The position numbers were made by a program, and so were the translations under genes. A stretch of DNA of 64,000 nucleotides from Vicugna vicugna (taxonomy: Eukaryota), in contig MU058384.1 of NCBI GenBank assembly GCA_013265495.1, forward strand, positions 5,638,792 through 5,702,791. Direction: 5' to 3'. How positions within the stretch are numbered: the stretch's first letter is position 1; each line of letters starts with the position of its first letter. A model generated the notes under the pieces. It ran no database searches. It was not told the origin of the DNA and worked only from the letters and a program-made list of their open reading frames with translations. Of the stretch, positions 52,110 to 64,000 are shown one piece after another.

Positions 52110-52560
52110 CAGGCAGTGCTTCCAGGAAACGGGAAAATACTGACAAGTAACCAGTTCTAATAGACTGTGATGCGTGCTACCATCGGGGAAGGGAGAGACT
52201 GCACATAATAGGGTCCCACAGCCCACTATTGGTGGGGGTAGAGGGCAGTCAGTGAAGGTTCACCAGAATAGAAATCTAAATTTAAAAATAAGGGATGAGT
52301 AAATTAGACAGGTAGGGAAAGGTGGGAAAGAGAAACCCAGGCAGATGGCACAAACAACCCAGAGCCTGGAGCACCGAAGTGACATAGTAAATTCGGAGCA
52401 AGGGAAAGGAAGCTAAACCTGGAAACAAAGAGATCAGATCATTAAGGCTTTTTACAAGGCATTTTAAATAATGTATAACTATCCTCAAGAAACAAAGATC
52501 CATTTAAATGTTTCAATCACAGCAGTTTTATCATTGGGCATAAAGAATAGATAGGAGAGA
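52110..52560 (-). mobile_element. L2 LINE fragment
   Basis: aatagactgtgatgcgtgcta...gtcagtgaaggttcac...gatcagatcattaagg. Confidence 0.6.
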
Positions 52561-52757
52561 GTCAAATTCCAGAAATTCTTCCACTGGAGATTTATGGCTT
52601 TGGATTAAGGTTTATGGCTCTGACCCTGTTGAGGCTAAATATGCTTGAGATTTAATACAATAAGCCTGATTCTTGTTTTGCAAAGAAAAACAAGGAGTCC
52701 AGATTTAGAAAAGGGTAACATTAAACAAATTACTAAAAATGCCCTCACTATCAAAAT

Positions 52758-52862
52758 GGGTAAGGTGAGTATAGTTCAGTGGCAAAACACATGCTTAGCA
52801 TGTACAAGGTCCTGGGTTCAATCCCCAGTGCCTTCATTAAAAAAAAATACTAATTTTTTTTA
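52758..52862 (+). mobile_element. vic-1-type SINE (short form)
   Basis: GTATAGTTCAGTGG...CATGCTTAGCATGTACAAGGTCCTGGGTTCAATCCCCAG followed by an A tail. Confidence 0.88.
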
Positions 52863-53899
52863 GTGGAAAGATGGGGGAAAGGATGAAAAAGGGGAGTCTG
52901 AAACCATGAACAAAATTTGTCATTTGCCAAGCTTGTCATTATTTAGTGACTGAGGAGAAAAGGTGAAATTAAGATGTGGGAGAATTGAGAAGTTTCAAAG
53001 AGGATGGTAGTTGGAGGGATGGGGGGACAAGGAGGAAGAGAGGAGACACAAATGAGCGCAGGCTCTTCACCATCTTGTGTTTGACTTGAGGAATCTAGTG
53101 GAGTCTCTTAGAGGCAGCACCCACGTGGAGCGGAGTCACAGAGTCCTCTCTGTTGGGACTGATCGTACATGAGTAAGCAAAAAGCTGAAAAGGCCAAGGA
53201 GAGCAGATGTCTGGAAAATGCTTCTGCACACGCATCATCTGTCTATGTATGGGAAGACAACGCTACTGACCTTGTACCAATGTTGAGGGTCAGCCCCAGT
53301 ATTAAAGACTGGATTTGTACCGATCTGTTTCTGCCCTCTTGCCTAATCTCACAGAAGACACATAGAACAAATTTTCAGTAGACTTGGAGGGTTAACCTGA
53401 CTGACCTTCCCTGGACTTAAACAAGGAGCCTTGGTCCTTTAGCACAATAATCAGCTACATTAATCAGACCCATGGTTGGCAATATATACAAGGAAAAGAA
53501 AAATCACAGAATTTGAAGAAGTGGGTTTTTTTTAAGTCATTTTTAGCCACCAAAGAATACAAAAGTTCCAATTTTCTTCATAATTGAAATCATAACAGCT
53601 GTGAGAACTCGGCTGTTTATCAAAGCTGTAAGGAGGAGTCATAAGGCTTTATTTCATGAATTAAGTCTAAAAGCTGTATGTACTTTCATGAAGTCTCATA
53701 ATGGATTGGTAATGGTTCTTATAGTTGATAATATTTATTTCGACAAGCCAGAAATACCAAGTACAAAAGATGTTTAAAGCAAAAATGGCATGGACTATTT
53801 CACAAACACACAGGCTGAAATTATCTATAATTGCAGTGAATGACATAAATTGTATGACATAAAATTGGCTCTGGCTTTCATTTTCATGGTAAGGGCAAC

Positions 53900-54450
53900 T
53901 TGTAAATCAGTGACGTGACTCATGGGTCTCAGAGATGGCGCATCAGTCCAGCACCTGCTTTCCCAATCAGTCAAGTCGCGTTCTTACCCGAACACAAATA
54001 ACTGTGGTATGATTAACTTCGGCCCCCAAAATTAATCTTTCAGTATTGAAAGGCTGTGCAAGTTTAAGCTTATAGGGTTCATTTCCTCCTAGTTGTGTAT
54101 ACCATGAACTTCATTCATTAAAGACAGTGTAATTTCTTTCTGCAGAGCATCTCAGTGGTGAATGACATTTTGGGTTCCATGTTTGTGGCTTTGTGTGGGC
54201 CACACGTAGGTAAATTTTACAAAAGGCCACAGCAGATGTGGCTGTGAACTGAAGTCATGTGACAAGCAGCAGCATGCCACCCTCACCTCACTTTGGGGAA
54301 ATCCAAGCTTGGCAGTTGCCACACAGGATGTTTCATCAAAAGGGGGGACTTTCCCCTCTGCTCTGCAACACATTACTTCCTTCCCCTTCCTCAACTCCGT
54401 GGTACAAAAATAGTCTCAAAACAGTTAACGATTTTCCCTGTCATGAGTGA
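53900..54450. promoter_or_regulatory. Putative inducible enhancer (AP-1/CRE plus canonical kB site)
   Basis: TGACGTGACTCA at 53911-53922; GGGACTTTCC at 54345-54354; GGGGAAATCC at 54295-54304; no recognisable repeat. Confidence 0.5.
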
Positions 54451-55859
54451 ATGTACTGGGGGTGGGGGGGATGAGGGAATGAGGGGCAAGTGTTCAAGTG
54501 CTGGGGGAAAGGAGAGGCAGTAAAAAAAAGATCCCCCAAACACTCTGGTCAGCCCACCATATCTCCGAGGGGGCCACTTGATGGTAACTAATATTAAAAA
54601 AAAAAAATCTTTGGCCCACATATGAACCAAGCATGGTTTTGGTGTTAGATCTTAGTTCAAAGCCCAGCACTGACCCTTACCAGCTGTACCTTGGAGTTTC
54701 CCCATCTATAAAGTGGATAATCATACAAACTAAACAGGGTTGCTGGAAGGTTTCCAAGAGAGAATGTAGAGACATTTATTTCATTTCTCTCTGCTTCCAT
54801 TCTCCTCCAAACTCACCCTGGTTTCCCAGGCCTGAAAGAAATCAAACAGGTCTGCACAATGAGAATTACATGGTGACTGAACCATGTGTCATGTGCCCGA
54901 TCGGCAGTCAACTACTTCTCTTTACTTTGTGATCTGTGTCCATAGGATGCTACACTTATTACTCATAAGCCTGTGTCCTATGTCTTTTTGTTCAGCAAAA
55001 GGAGAATTAAAAGAGGAAGTAGAGGTTGCAAAACAGGTACATTAGTCAATGAGCTTAAGTTAGTGTAACTTTTGTAAAACAAGTGAGCTTTTTACTCATC
55101 CACGTATTTTGTCAACGTTACTTCTAGTCTCATTTCCAAACTCCTTGAACCAAACCAGTGGGAAAACTGGAGGAAAGATCTTTTGAGTTTGCCTTTCTCT
55201 AGGGCAAAATTTTTAGTATTTCACCCTGAATTCTGAAGGTTAGATCCCACCTGAACTCCTATTATGGACAAAGCCATGCAGATTGTTTGCTCAACCCACA
55301 CTGTGACCTGAAATGTTATCACAGAAAAATAATTCCACTGACATTTTTTCCCCATTGAACCACAGCCACCTCTGGCAGGTCAGATTCTCTGTATAATCTC
55401 GAGATCATCTTTAGCAGGAGTGTCTTTACCTTTAATTCTAGGAGATATTTGCCACCTGAGAGACTAAATTATTAGGACCTAAAATATAAGTAAAACACGA
55501 CTCCTAGAGTTTTTTGTTGTTGTTCTGAGTTTTCTCAAACTCAATTTTATTATTTTAAACTTTAATCTCATCAAAACTTAATTTTTCTTTACCTGTAAGG
55601 AAAAAATGCAATCAAGTTTTTAAAACATAAATAATAATTATCTACATATTGATGAATAACATCTTAAGCTTTCTGAGAACAAAGGCATGCAGTATAATTC
55701 CTCTGTGCTGGGTGAGTGAATGATATAGATTAGAAAACCACTAGCAATTTAACTTCTTCAATGATTGTACTTTAAAATTGTAAATTAGAATAAAAATAAC
55801 AAGACCATAACTTGGTATATAATGAATTGCCCCAATTATACTTTTATAATTTACTTTTA

Positions 55860-55963
55860 TTTTTTTTTTATTGATTCATAATCATTTTACAGTGTTGTGT
55901 CAAATTCCAGTGTTCAGCACAATCTTTCAGTCATACATGGACATATACACACTCATTGTCACA
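55860..55963 (-). mobile_element. Short (104 bp) L1 3' tail with perfect 16-bp TSD
   Basis: TSD ttataatttactttta at 55844-55859 and 55964-55979. Confidence 0.9.
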
Positions 55964-56082
55964 TTATAATTTACTTTTAATTTACCTCCATTTGGGCAAT
56001 TTAGAAATAAAACTTAATCATTAGTATATTAAAGATGGCATATATTCTTTATTATCCTCATATTAATCTATTATGTTTTTAA

Positions 56083-56368
56083 TTTTTTTATTGAGATATA
56101 GTTGATTTACAATATTGTGTTAGTTTCTGGTGTACAGCAAAGTGATTTAGTTATACATACATATGTATAAGTATAGACTCTTTTTCATATTCTTTTCCAT
56201 TATGTTTTATTACAAGATATTGAATATAGTTCCCTGTGCTGTACGGTAGGACATTGTTGCTTATCTATTTTATATGTAGTAGTTTGTATCTGGTAATTCC
56301 AAAATTCTAATTTACCCCTCCCTCCCCTCCTTTCCCCTTTGTTAACCTTTAGTTTGTTTTCTATGTCT
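56083..56368 (-). mobile_element. Artiodactyl-type L1 3' tail
   Basis: tttttattgagatatagttgatttacaatattgtgttagtttctggtgtacagc...gttccctgtgctgtacggtagg...gtttgttttctatgtc. Confidence 0.92.
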
Positions 56369-56904
56369 TCCTATGTCAGAAGATACAACATGTATTAAAC
56401 AGGGTTTGTTGGCCAACTGTGTTTTGGAAAAGCCCAGCTGGATTTCTCAGCACCTCCATTTGGCCAATGAGCTCTGTGCATCCCCAAGAGGGAAGAGCCT
56501 AAACATTACCCAGATACACTGGACCAAAAATCTCCTGTAAAGAAACATCGTTAGGAAAAGGCTGCCTTGGTTGAGATTTGGCTTTCTGCCGACGATGCCA
56601 CAGCTTCTCCCACAGCCTCAAACAGAAATGGCCTCTTCTCCAGCCTCCCCTGCCTGGAGGCCAAGAGCTAGGCGGGCACTCTCTTCCGTAGGCTCCGAGA
56701 ACTTCACCATGTTGACTCAAATACAGCCTTTATTGCCATCATCTGCTAACCTCCAAGACACTGCTTCCGATTCTTTAATCACTTTGGTGGCTGATGTATT
56801 AATTTTCTTCTCGACTCTTTCACAAACAATCATTCTAGGCAAATTCAATATTCACTCTCCTGATTCAGCTAATAATAACAATAGTAGTAGTGACAGTGAT
56901 AACT

Positions 56905-57110
56905 AATATGTTATTTTTGAATGTCTGCTGTGCACCCATAAGTATCTTTCACACTTGGCATGCATTATCTCGCTTCACCTCCACAAGCGCCATAAGAAAG
57001 AGCCATCATCACTTCCAATTTACTGATGAGGATAATAACATTATTTAACAAGTGCAAGGATGTACAGGATATTGAGGGGCAGAACCAGGGTTCAGAGCCA
57101 TATTTAGTTT
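56905..57110 (-). mobile_element. MIR SINE
   Basis: catgcattatctc...ccaattttactgatgagga. Confidence 0.65.
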
Positions 57111-60100
57111 ATCCACAATATCTTTCCTGCTTTATAGCTTTTCAGACTCTGTCCTCCTACCTCTGTACCTCCACACCACATCAGCCTGTGGGCACGGCTG
57201 TTTGTTGACTCTTATGATTATCCTAAATGACTTCTCCAAGTCTCTATACTCTGAAGTTTCCTTTCGACCTTTCACCGCTGTAATCCCCTTCTCCTGCATC
57301 AAGCCCTCCAGTCATGTCCCTTGTACTGATGCTGTCACTGCAGAGACCCCCCCTCCTTATCTGTTGAAGCAGCACATCCTCTCTTCATCTACTGGAGATT
57401 CTTATAGTGTGTTTAATGTGGGGAGGACCTAACAAGCTGAGCATAGTTGGTAGATAGTTTAGAGCAAAAATGACACCGGCTTAATTTGCTGGCCAGATCT
57501 ATCATCATTTGAGAGGTCATCTTTGAGTGCACCCTTTTTCCCCAGCGATCTGGAGCCATCAGGCAACTGCTCTCCCAGCAGCAGCTTCACATGTTGGCTG
57601 CCATTCCTCGTTCCTCAGTGGTCCTTTCTCTCTATGCCCGGCATGTATTCTGTAAAATCACAAACTGATGGGATGTTAAGATTAGAAGAGGCCATAAAAT
57701 TCCTAGAGCCCAACCCCTTCATTTTACAGATAAAGAACGGAGGCCTGAAGAAGGCCATAAACTGACATTATCAAAAGAAATTGCAGAAAGATTAGATAAA
57801 AGTAACCAAATCTGCTGATGCCCTTTCAAAAAGGGATTTATTTCACAAATGTATCTCTATCTCTTTCTTATCTGCCACACTATCATGGTTTTAGATCCAC
57901 GTCTGTTAATGAATCCCCTGTGCACATCTATGTCTCTTGCTCACTTGCTGGTTGAGAAGCTTGTGTGTTACCAGAGGGCAGAAGGAGCAACAGCTTTTCA
58001 CAGCAGCGCGAGGAGGCTCTTTCTGTTGGGCGGGACGCTTGGTGCAGATTTCGTTTGCACCAGATGGCTGTCCCCCAAAGGCCCCAAAGCTCCTGGGATC
58101 ATTAGGATTCCAGATGTGCTTGCTACCATCAACCTGGGGTGATGTGACCACAGCTCTTTTCTTGCCAATTACGTTCTCAGTTGTCAGACTCTATTCAGAT
58201 ATGTTGTTTGGCATGCTCCTAATATTTTTGGTAATTTTCACTTTCAATTTTGACCCTCAAAAGAGGCATTATGCAGTATTTAAAGATGTTTAGAGTTTAG
58301 GTAGTTTAATTTAGTAGTGTGATCTAGAAACGTGTTAGTGAGCATCTGAGAAAATCTAATTCCCAGGTCCCACAGTTCCAAGGCGTCTCCTTTCTTAATA
58401 CATCAAACTTGTTCTGAATTCAATTATACTCTTTCCATTTTGCAAAATAACTCATCTTGTGTGTTCGTCAGTGGGATGTACTTTGATATTAGGGGAAAAA
58501 AAAAGTTTTTACTTTAATGTGCTCCAGACTGAAGATCCTTATTAAGGCTGGTCTGCCTTGTTTCCCAGTTGTGCTAATTAAAAGTACTAATTATTTCCAT
58601 GCTAGTATCTCAGGAGCATCTTTTGATGCATGAAAGATTTTGAGGGAATTAAAAAGACAACTGACTGACTTTCGAAATCATGTGAGAGAACTGATATTCT
58701 TTAGTCTCAATTAAAAAAAATAGTTTTCATGTCAGGTCATTTGACTTTCATTCTTACTTCTGTGGTTTTAGGTCTGTTCTGGATTTCTGCCATGTGGGAA
58801 GTAGTTGCCAGAATCCCCTTTCTTTATACAGCGGTTAGTCTATATAGCTTCACTCCTGAACCTAATAGGCTTCTCAAATGCAGTTTTCATATCTAATTCT
58901 TGTCATTTATGAAGGAGTAAAACCAGGTTTCCAAGATCCTTCTTGCACCTAAATTCATTGATTCTCTAAAACCTTATGGTCAATTTCCTAATTTTTAAAT
59001 CCAACCCATTTGCTGTTCTCCTGAGAAATAATCCAGGTGTGCTTAGGCAGGAAGTCAGTTATTTACTTTTCTATGCAAAAAAAAAAAAAATGGGAGAATG
59101 GAAGAAAGATTATATTTCCAGCTGGAAGGCAATCCTTTCCCAGAGATACAGACAATTCCTTTCAATTTTTTTCTAGCTTCCAGAACAATTATACTCTAAA
59201 TAAAGAATTACTAAGCCACATAAACTGAGGGAGCCTTCATATGGGGAGTAAGATTTCTATTCACACATTTACTGACACAAAATTTTGTGAGCTATGTGAA
59301 TTACCTAAGTATATTATTCTCAATGGCAAGTTTATTCTATTTTAGATCCTCTGGAATTGCAAACATGTAACTTATTTACTCCCTTCAGTATACCTTTGCT
59401 TTAGAGCAGAGAATATTTTGGTGACAAGCTACCCCAGTGGAGTCAGACTATGCAATAGGACATAAAAAAAGCAAAGCAAGCAGGAAACAAAATAGTTTTT
59501 TTTTTTAAGTCTGTCTAAAAAGTAAGTATATATATAACTGGATTTGAGTTTATTTTATAAAAATAAGGCCAATGAAAATGAATTCTACAAGTGGAATGCA
59601 TTCGCTCAACAATGAATTTACTTGATAAATAACAGTGCCACTGTTGGAGATGCTCGCTGTGGGTGCTTTGTTGTTTAACTGTAATGTTGGTGGGAGGCAC
59701 AGGGACACTGAAAAAAGCAGCAGTGGCCTCTACCTGAATCCCATTAGCACTTAGGAGTTAATATCCTCCTGATTTTTGAAAAAGAAGAGAATTGGAACTC
59801 AAAAGGTAGCAAATTATTCCATCCTGCAATTAGTGTAATTATCTCAAAAACCTTTAACATTCAATACTTAGAATAAGGCTATTTTGGGTATTTGAGTTGC
59901 TGGCAAGCTACCCTAAAACAGTCATTTCTTAATGATTTTTCAAACATCACTTATCTAAGGCTATTGATAGAAACAACAAACTCCAGGGATGAAGCAAAGA
60001 ATCTATTATAAGAAGAGAAAGTACCCAGTAGTATGTGAGGTGTTAGAACTGAGTCATACGTAAATTTTTCTTAATTTCTTCACTTTCAAATTCTAGTTCC

Positions 60101-60729
60101 TGGAATCACTCCTTCATAACTGACTCACAAGCTATTTTGGGACAAACCTGCCAGTACTACAACCCTTTCACTGTACATTACAATTCACACAGAAAAGTCA
60201 GAGGCTGTTGGAATAATCAGATAACGCTGACTAAGGAGCCTCACATACATGTGGCCCTGTGTTAACACTGAGCACACAACCTCCCAGGCAAGGCTGACCT
60301 GAATTCTCTACATTCTGAAGAGCTGTTTCCTAATGCTGTGTCTGGAAAAATGATTTGGTTAGAAATACCTAGGTCATAATTTAGGTGAAACACTTGATCT
60401 TGTACTTTATTTAAAATAGCTATTTTTCCCTACTTCTTTCCCATCAAAACCCTTCTGAACCTTTAATAACAAATGTTATTATTTTAAAGTAATCCCTTTT
60501 CTGTTTTCCAAAAAGGGCTTGGAGCTACATTTTCATCTTCATCTTAGTTGCTTTCTCCCCTTTTGTTTACCATGTCTAGCTAAACTGGTTTTAGGGTTTA
60601 GAATAACTCCCTGACTTTCAGAAAATTCTCTCCAGCCACCTGAATCTGAGGCCCAGAAGGTACGTTAGGACATTCCCACACCTTCAGGAAGAGCCACCCA
60701 AAGAAGATACCACACAATGATTATTTTTC

Positions 60730-61130
60730 ACAGCTCTGGAGAAGACTGCACAATCCCAACCTGCATCTCATTTCAATATTGAACTACTCTTATTCGGTCT
60801 AACCAAGCCTTCATACTTCATAGCCAGCCTGTTTTCTCTTGCTTCGTAAGTAATGCAGATAGCCCACCATTGTTTTATAAAAAGTTCTCCATACACTCAA
60901 AGAATGTAGTCAACTGCAATCTGGACTTCTCTTCAAGAGAATGAATAACAGTTCTGTTTACCTCTCCTCATGGGTCTTATTTTCCAATGCTTGAATCATC
61001 TTGCTGTCTTCATGATTACCTTCTGAATAATTTCCAAGTTTTCCAATCGAGTCTTCAGACCTGGACTCCGGGAGTTCATCTTCCAGAACAATATTAAGTT
61101 GAGATCATCTAACTGCTCCTTCACATCATA
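60730..61130 (-). mobile_element. L3/CR1 LINE relic
   Basis: Minus-strand translation ...KMIQALENKTHEER resembles the CR1 ORF2 C-terminal motif (KMIKGLE..YEERL), followed by L3-like downstream sequence. Confidence 0.7.
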
Positions 61131-61227
61131 TCCTCATTCTACATTTATTTACTTTTATATCAGTCTTTCTGAATGTCTTCTTAAAAAAATAATTTTTTTA
61201 AATTTAGATTTAGATTTTTTTATTCTT

Positions 61228-61445
61228 TTATTTTTTTTGAAGTGTAGTCAATTTAGAATGTTAGTTTCAGGTGTACAGAAAAGTGGTTCAGTTACACAAA
61301 CACATACATATATATTTCCAGTTTCTTTTCCATGACATCTCATTATAAGAAATTGAATGTAGTTCCTTGTGCTACACAGCAAATTCTTGTTATTTATCTA
61401 TTTGATATATAGTAATGTGTATCTGTTACACATTAAACTCCTAAT
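61228..61445 (-). mobile_element. Artiodactyl-type L1 3' tail
   Basis: tttttttgaagtgtagtcaatttagaatgttagtttcaggtgtacag...gttccttgtgctacacagc...aaactcctaat. Confidence 0.88.
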
Positions 61446-62410
61446 CTAGATTTGTTTTTAATGCAACTGATTGGTTTCAGGTAAGGGTGTCTATATAAGA
61501 GTAAACATTTTAATGCAACACTGATGACATACATAAAATTTCTCTAAGACACATCCATAGATATTATAACTATGGCTAAAATGGCTTTATGGTTTCTCTA
61601 TTTAAGTTTTGTTTCTAATATTTTTCCTCTATTTAATCTTGGATGATTTTCCAGTTCTGTGTTTTTCCAGCAAGTTTCTGGCCAGAAAAAAAAAAAATCA
61701 GAAACTAGCTGTATAATACTACTACAATAACTAGGCCAATTTAGTTTGGCATCAGTGTGATTATGAACAAATTTAGAGCCTTTAGGAATGTTTTGGGCTA
61801 TTTCTGCATGAATTATATTTGAATCCCAGGTTTATTGTTTTCCTTTTTTGGAAAGCAGGCTGAAAATGATTATAGCAGATGCAAGCACTCAATTTGTAGT
61901 TCATTAATTTCATGAATCCCTCTGAAATTTTGGGCCTTCACAAATGGTAACCTTGACTGGCATATTCAGTATGGGTCTTTGGGAAGTTCAGTAACATCTT
62001 GCCTCGGCATGTGGATTTTCATTTATCTTGGGAGAGAACCAGGTCCATGGGGAAAGCAGGCAATGGAAATAATGATTCAGGCTCTAGGACTTAAAGGAAA
62101 ATCTTCCTTCCCCATTCCCCCTTTTCCCAATGACACAAAATAGTCCTGTCAGGAATTAGTGCTAGAGAGCCTCATCTTTGCACAAGTCCAGAGAAACTTG
62201 AGAGCACCAGATTAGAATAGAAGACTGGGGGTGGTGTACATGTGCATTCATGCTCATCACTAATTCTGTGCTTATACCTCAAAATCCTATCATTTGTTTA
62301 TTGATCGTTTTTATAGTAACATTTTGAATCAGGGACTTTTCTAATCATTAGGATATTCATCCTTACAATCCATTTCCTAGATATGGACAGAGCGGTTCTG
62401 TTTGCATTAA

Positions 62411-62466
62411 GATAGGTAGGTAGGTAGGTAGGTAGATAGATAGATTGATTGATTGATTGATTGATT
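62411..62466 (+). repeat. Compound (TAGG)n(TAGA)n(GATT)n microsatellite
   Basis: Read directly from the sequence. Confidence 0.95.
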
Positions 62467-62479
62467 TATAGATACAGAT

Positions 62480-63010
62480 GGTAGATAATTTTTACATTAT
62501 GAAGAAAATATAAAATATTATTAAAAATCAAAGAAATAAGAGACAAAAGAAAAGCATCCATAATCCCACTAGAGTAAAACAACAAACATTTCTTCACGCA
62601 TTGATTCGTCTGTCCTTCTATACACAATTGAAGTACAATTTTATATTGCGATGTCTTTTATTTAACATAATGTGGGCAACATTTCTCTATATAAAAACAC
62701 TTCAGAGGCACCATGTGAATAGTGGGTATGTCTTTACTCAATCATTTCCCCATTAAATATTAGGTTGCTTCCAGTGTTTTGTAACTATGAACAGTATTAA
62801 GACAGCTTTGTGCCTATAGATTTATGAATTGTTTATTGAGGATAAATGACCTAAAATTAAGTAAATGGGATCAAAGTATTGAGGATCTTAAAGCTCTTTA
62901 TATATAATCACTTTCAGAAAATGTTTAAAAATTAAAATACAATGAACAACCTGTAAGAATACCAGTTTTACTATACCTTTGCTAGGATTGAATATTGCCA
63001 TTTAAAAATT
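62480..63010 (-). mobile_element. Old L1ME-type 3' fragment
   Basis: atccataatcccact...ttaggttgcttccagtg...aatgggatcaaag. Confidence 0.6.
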
Positions 63011-63139
63011 TAATTCTATTTACTATTACGAGTATAACCTTCTTTTCAAACATGAATATTCTAACCAAATACCACTATTGCTAACTTCATCTTTTTACCT
63101 GGGGAAGAGTCAAATATCTATTTTCTAAAATATGTAGGT

Positions 63140-63232
63140 AGGTGACGGCTCAGTGTTAGAATGTTTGCTTAGCAAGCATGAGGTCCAGGATTCAATGCCC
63201 AGTACCTTCATTTAAAAAAAAAATTAATAAAT
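63140..63232 (+). mobile_element. vic-1-type SINE (diverged, short form)
   Basis: GGCTCAGTGTTAGAATG...GAGGTCCAGGATTCAATGCCCAGTACC plus A tail; degenerate TSD aaaatat(g/a)t(a/g)gg(t/c)agg. Confidence 0.85.
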
Positions 63233-64000
63233 AAAATATATGGGCAGGCATTTTCCACTGAGGTTTCCAATGAGTAGCTTGAATTATTTGAGGAACATGG
63301 TAATTAACCAGTGCGTGGTCTTCAGTTATAATCTACCTGAGTATCCTTGAGGCAGACTTTCCATAACACCGAGGACTAAAGTCTAACTTATCTCAAGGAG
63401 AGTTACATAAACTGCTGTGTTCTGAGAGTCTGTCCTGCAGCCTTACTCAGCAGCTATATTGCAAGGTCAGGTCCTGTTAATTATCACATCAAACTCTTAT
63501 GCCCTGAACTAAATGCCCTTTTGCATACATACAGACTTTTTAGTGGCTTACATTGGGCAGCAAGGTTTTGATAAAAGAAGTGTTTGAGTTCAGGAAAGAA
63601 ATCACAGAGATTCTAAGCAAGCCTTTTTCTTTTCTTTTTACCTGATTTCCCCATTTCTGACCCTGAGGCCTCATTCTTGCTCTTTTCTACAGAAAGCAAA
63701 GTTCAGAGATGTTTGTGTGAGCATGCACGCACACACACACACAGAGGAAATCATTGCAGATAGAGATTCGTGCACGTATGCATGAGCATTTTCTGTATAG
63801 CTCTATGAGAAACCATGGGTGGTGATTATGGGACTGGAGATAGAGAATCAGAAATAATTTTTCTCCTTAATAATCAACTTAGTTAAATGATTATAAATCA
63901 ATAAAAAGGTTAAAAACATAATCACCTTGGTTAAAAAAAGTGGGTAACTTCCATGAATGTTCAGAAAAGATATTCTTCCATCTCCTTTTAAAAAAAACTA

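Noticed and set aside
53210..53235. Partial resemblance to mature miR-147 (aaatgcttctgc)
   Set aside because: Seed does not match and no hairpin partner is visible

Overview
Mammalian non-coding genomic DNA, AT-rich and CpG-depleted, either intronic or intergenic. It is most likely camelid (alpaca or camel): seven copies of a tRNA-derived vic-1-type SINE and camelid-type L1 tails are present, and I saw no Alu, Bov-A/tA, PRE1 or SINEC. I could not support any protein-coding gene, tRNA, rRNA or known small-RNA gene. The ORF track is explained by chance ORFs, repeats and microsatellites. Much of the window is transposon relic: MIR, L2, L3/CR1, L1M*, MLT1/MLT2, ERV1 LTRs and hAT-Charlie MITEs. 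Family names come from my recall of consensus sequences, not from a search. The most notable observations are: (1) a dense cluster of NF-kB, STAT and IRF/ETS motifs at about 33.5-36.3 kb, with further immune-type motif clusters near 5.5, 54.3 and 60.1 kb, suggesting the regulatory landscape of an inflammation-inducible gene I cannot name; (2) a MER41-like LTR fragment that looks L1-retrotransposed (poly(A) tail, 13-bp TSD, no U5), keeps a GAS/STAT motif and sits inside an apparently 5'-inverted L1; (3) one well-formed minus-strand candidate exon at 47362-47503; (4) several local short duplications. I found no convincing evidence of a wholly new biological system; the findings are hypotheses to test.
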